Shown piece after piece: positions 62,479-64,000 of a stretch of DNA of 64,000 nt. This DNA comes from Candidatus Thorarchaeota archaeon. GTDB taxonomy: Archaea; Asgardarchaeota; Lokiarchaeia; Sigyniarchaeales; SOKP01. The notes below the pieces were generated by a model. It ran no database searches. It was not told where the DNA came from and saw only the letters and a program-made list of their open reading frames with translations. Each line of letters opens with the position of its first letter. Position 1 is the stretch's first letter. Location: contig JBHLRA010000001.1 of the NCBI GenBank assembly GCA_048883045.1, forward strand, positions 19,841-83,840, given 5' to 3'. A program made the position numbers and the translations under genes.

Positions 62479-62925
62479 CTATCTCAACTCCTTAAGGTCT
62501 TCTTCAGTTATTATTACACAATTTATTTTATCATAACAGCTTTCATCTAAAAATATGTGTAAGAATGGGTGATTTATTCTAGGCATGAGCCCTTTGACCA
62601 ATATGCGACCTTTCTTATTCTTGTATTTCCAAACCGGGACATTTAATATCCCATAATCTTTCTCCCCCACACATTCCATTTTATAGACAAAATCTTTCCA
62701 GGTCTCAAATATCCAAATTCTCATCTCTTTATATAGGCCAAGTCTGGCAAATAGAGGAGGAATGCCCAAAAATATTCGTCCTATATATGAAGCTGTTGTG
62801 CCAGCAACTTGTGATGAACATCCAAAATCTTCTTTGAATCTAGCACAATTGCCCGGCCTATTTCCACATATACATCCTGAACATTGATATTCAGCTATTG
62901 CTCTGTTGAATTTAGGCGAATTCAT
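62479..62925 (-). CDS. Cys-rich hypothetical protein
   Basis: 148 aa; CSGCICGNRPGNC. Confidence 0.5.
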   Translation of the reverse strand: MNSPKFNRAIAEYQCSGCICGNRPGNCARFKEDFGCSSQVAGTTASYIGRIFLGIPPLFARLGLYKEMRIWIFETWKDFVYKMECVGEKDYGILNVPVWKYKNKKGRILVKGLMPRINHPFLHIFLDESCYDKINCVIITEEDLKELR

Positions 62926-63221
62926 CTGTTTTTATCCTTATCTATATGATATAACATGACGGACTTAGGGAATTTGCTTTTATCAATTTTGATCACCTTA
63001 TGACTATTTATGAAATCATTGACCCAGCGCTCTAGAGTGCTTTTATCTGAAGCCTTAAGAGTAGTTATCTTCAATACGAAACCAATTGGTATATCTAGCT
63101 CACAAGATGAGCAAGGATTGACTGTTTGAGCATTTGCTTTTATTATAAGGAATAAAAGCAATAAACAAATGGTTAAAAATATTAATACCAATTTGATGAG
63201 TTCTTTATTTATTGGATTCAT
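62922..63221 (-). CDS. secreted/membrane-anchored hypothetical protein
   Basis: LVLIFLTICLLLLFLIIKANA signal-like; SD AAGGAGG. Confidence 0.5.
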   Translation of the reverse strand: MNPINKELIKLVLIFLTICLLLLFLIIKANAQTVNPCSSCELDIPIGFVLKITTLKASDKSTLERWVNDFINSHKVIKIDKSKFPKSVMLYHIDKDKNR

Positions 63222-63230
63222 ATGACCTCC

Positions 63231-63383
63231 TTATATATTCAGTATCCACTTTATTAATGGCCAAACAAGACATATAGTTATTAAGGCCAAAATTATCATC
63301 ACTAAAAACCCGCAAAGTTCTTTGGGTATTCCTGGCATAAAAACAACCATTATATCAATCAATTTAGTTATTATCCATCGCAT
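63231..63383 (-). CDS. small membrane protein (50 aa)
   Basis: Hand-translated MRWIITKLIDIMVVFMPGIPKELCGFLVMIILALITICLVWPLIKWILNI; SD AGAGGAGA. Confidence 0.4.
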   Translation of the reverse strand: MRWIITKLIDIMVVFMPGIPKELCGFLVMIILALITICLVWPLIKWILNI

Positions 63384-63408
63384 ATCTTTTCTCCTCTATA
63401 GAGACAGG

Positions 63409-63438
63409 AGGGTGGGGCCGGTAGGATGGCCCCACCCT
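63409..63438. terminator. GC-rich hairpin AGGGTGGGGCC-GGTAGGAT-GGCCCCACCCT
   Basis: 11-bp GC-rich stem in an AT-rich genome, just downstream of the - strand gene ending at 63463. The T-rich tail is only on the + strand side. Confidence 0.5.
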
Positions 63439-63462
63439 TATTTGGCTGCTATTTCTAAAATT

Positions 63463-64000
63463 TTATAGATCAATCTCAAATACTCCGTGCCACATGTTGT
63501 TGCCGTGCCTGTCGGTTTTCATGCCTCCGGAAAGTCCCCACCCCCAGGTAGTCTTATTTTGGCTTACGCCTATCATTGCAGTAGAATCAGCCTCGTTGGT
63601 TGTGAAGCGCATTTTCCAATCTAAAGCTTCTTTATTTTCGAAAACAATCATTGATTTTTGACTTAACTCTTTATTTGGGCCGTCTGGATCATTTGGGTCA
63701 GCTAGAGTCAATGCGTCCTCGAAAGTAATAAAAGCATATTCCCATTGAGCTGCTTTGGATTTAAAATATAATTGAACTTCTGCAATAGCGGGCGTATTTT
63801 CCAATACAATAATCTCTTTGGTAATAACTTTAACATTGGGATTACTGCATTTGATCTTCAATACGGCATTTATATCGGATATTATTGCAATTTGAACGCT
63901 GCAAAATTCACCCTTCCTAAGTTGGACAACCTTTTTTGTAGGATTGAGATGAATATTGGGATTTGTACCGAAATCAATGTTAGGGTCAATATTTATAGAT
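63463..64000 (-). CDS. hypothetical protein, 5' end outside the window
   Basis: The track ORF starts at TTG 63861, but the frame stays open to position 64000 (..NIDPNIDFGTNPNIHLNPTKKVVQLRKGEF..). Confidence 0.5.
   Translation of the reverse strand, partial: SINIDPNIDFGTNPNIHLNPTKKVVQLRKGEFCSVQIAIISDINAVLKIKCSNPNVKVITKEIIVLENTPAIAEVQLYFKSKAAQWEYAFITFEDALTLADPNDPDGPNKELSQKSMIVFENKEALDWKMRFTTNEADSTAMIGVSQNKTTWGWGLSGGMKTDRHGNNMWHGVFEIDL

Noticed and set aside
1-64000. Lysogeny module (integrase, CI/Cro-type repressor, att sites) and CRISPR arrays
   Set aside because: No tyrosine or serine recombinase motifs, repressor-like HTH pair or regularly spaced direct repeats were seen. Absence applies to this window only.

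Overview
This is an AT-rich window (roughly 30-35% GC by eye, with the capsid/tail genes visibly GC-richer) from a tailed dsDNA phage or prophage. It is siphovirus-type: tail tube, G/GT chaperone with a -1 frameshift, 1132-aa tape measure, no sheath. All family names come from motif recognition by eye; no searches were run. There are three transcription blocks. (1) Left arm, - strand (1-18292): RecA-like recombinase, gp32-like SSB and a possible UvsY-like mediator. Then a cluster of glycosyltransferases and SAM methyltransferases with an HNH homing endonuclease. Then small unknowns, a MuF/SPP1-gp7-like head protein, a DNA methyltransferase, portal, TerL and TerS. (2) Centre, + strand (18532-59110): early small genes, SF2 helicase, primase, an initiator-like gene with an embedded candidate origin, and a second glycosyltransferase set. 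Then MazG/HAD-nucleotidase/NUDIX, a sigma factor, glutaredoxin, scaffold, major capsid, fibres, connectors, amidase, tail tube, chaperone, tape measure, baseplate/fibre genes and a holin. (3) Right arm, - strand (59265-64000): Pyr_excise-like glycosylase, HNH, 3D-domain protein and unknowns. The most unusual observation is an intein in TerL. Its central region encodes a complete HNH endonuclease in a different reading frame with its own ribosome-binding site, yet the TerL frame stays stop-free across it. Other notable points: about 7 glycosyltransferase-like and 2 methyltransferase genes, two of them inside the capsid/tail module (possible virion glycosylation). There are four families of repeated intergenic promoter/leader elements and a lambda-like candidate ori. 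There is also a duplicated Dit-like domain with mosaic identity, a cassette-junction scar around the amidase gene, and a TerS-like paralog with an in-frame TGA. No tRNA, rRNA, CRISPR array, integrase or reverse transcriptase was seen.
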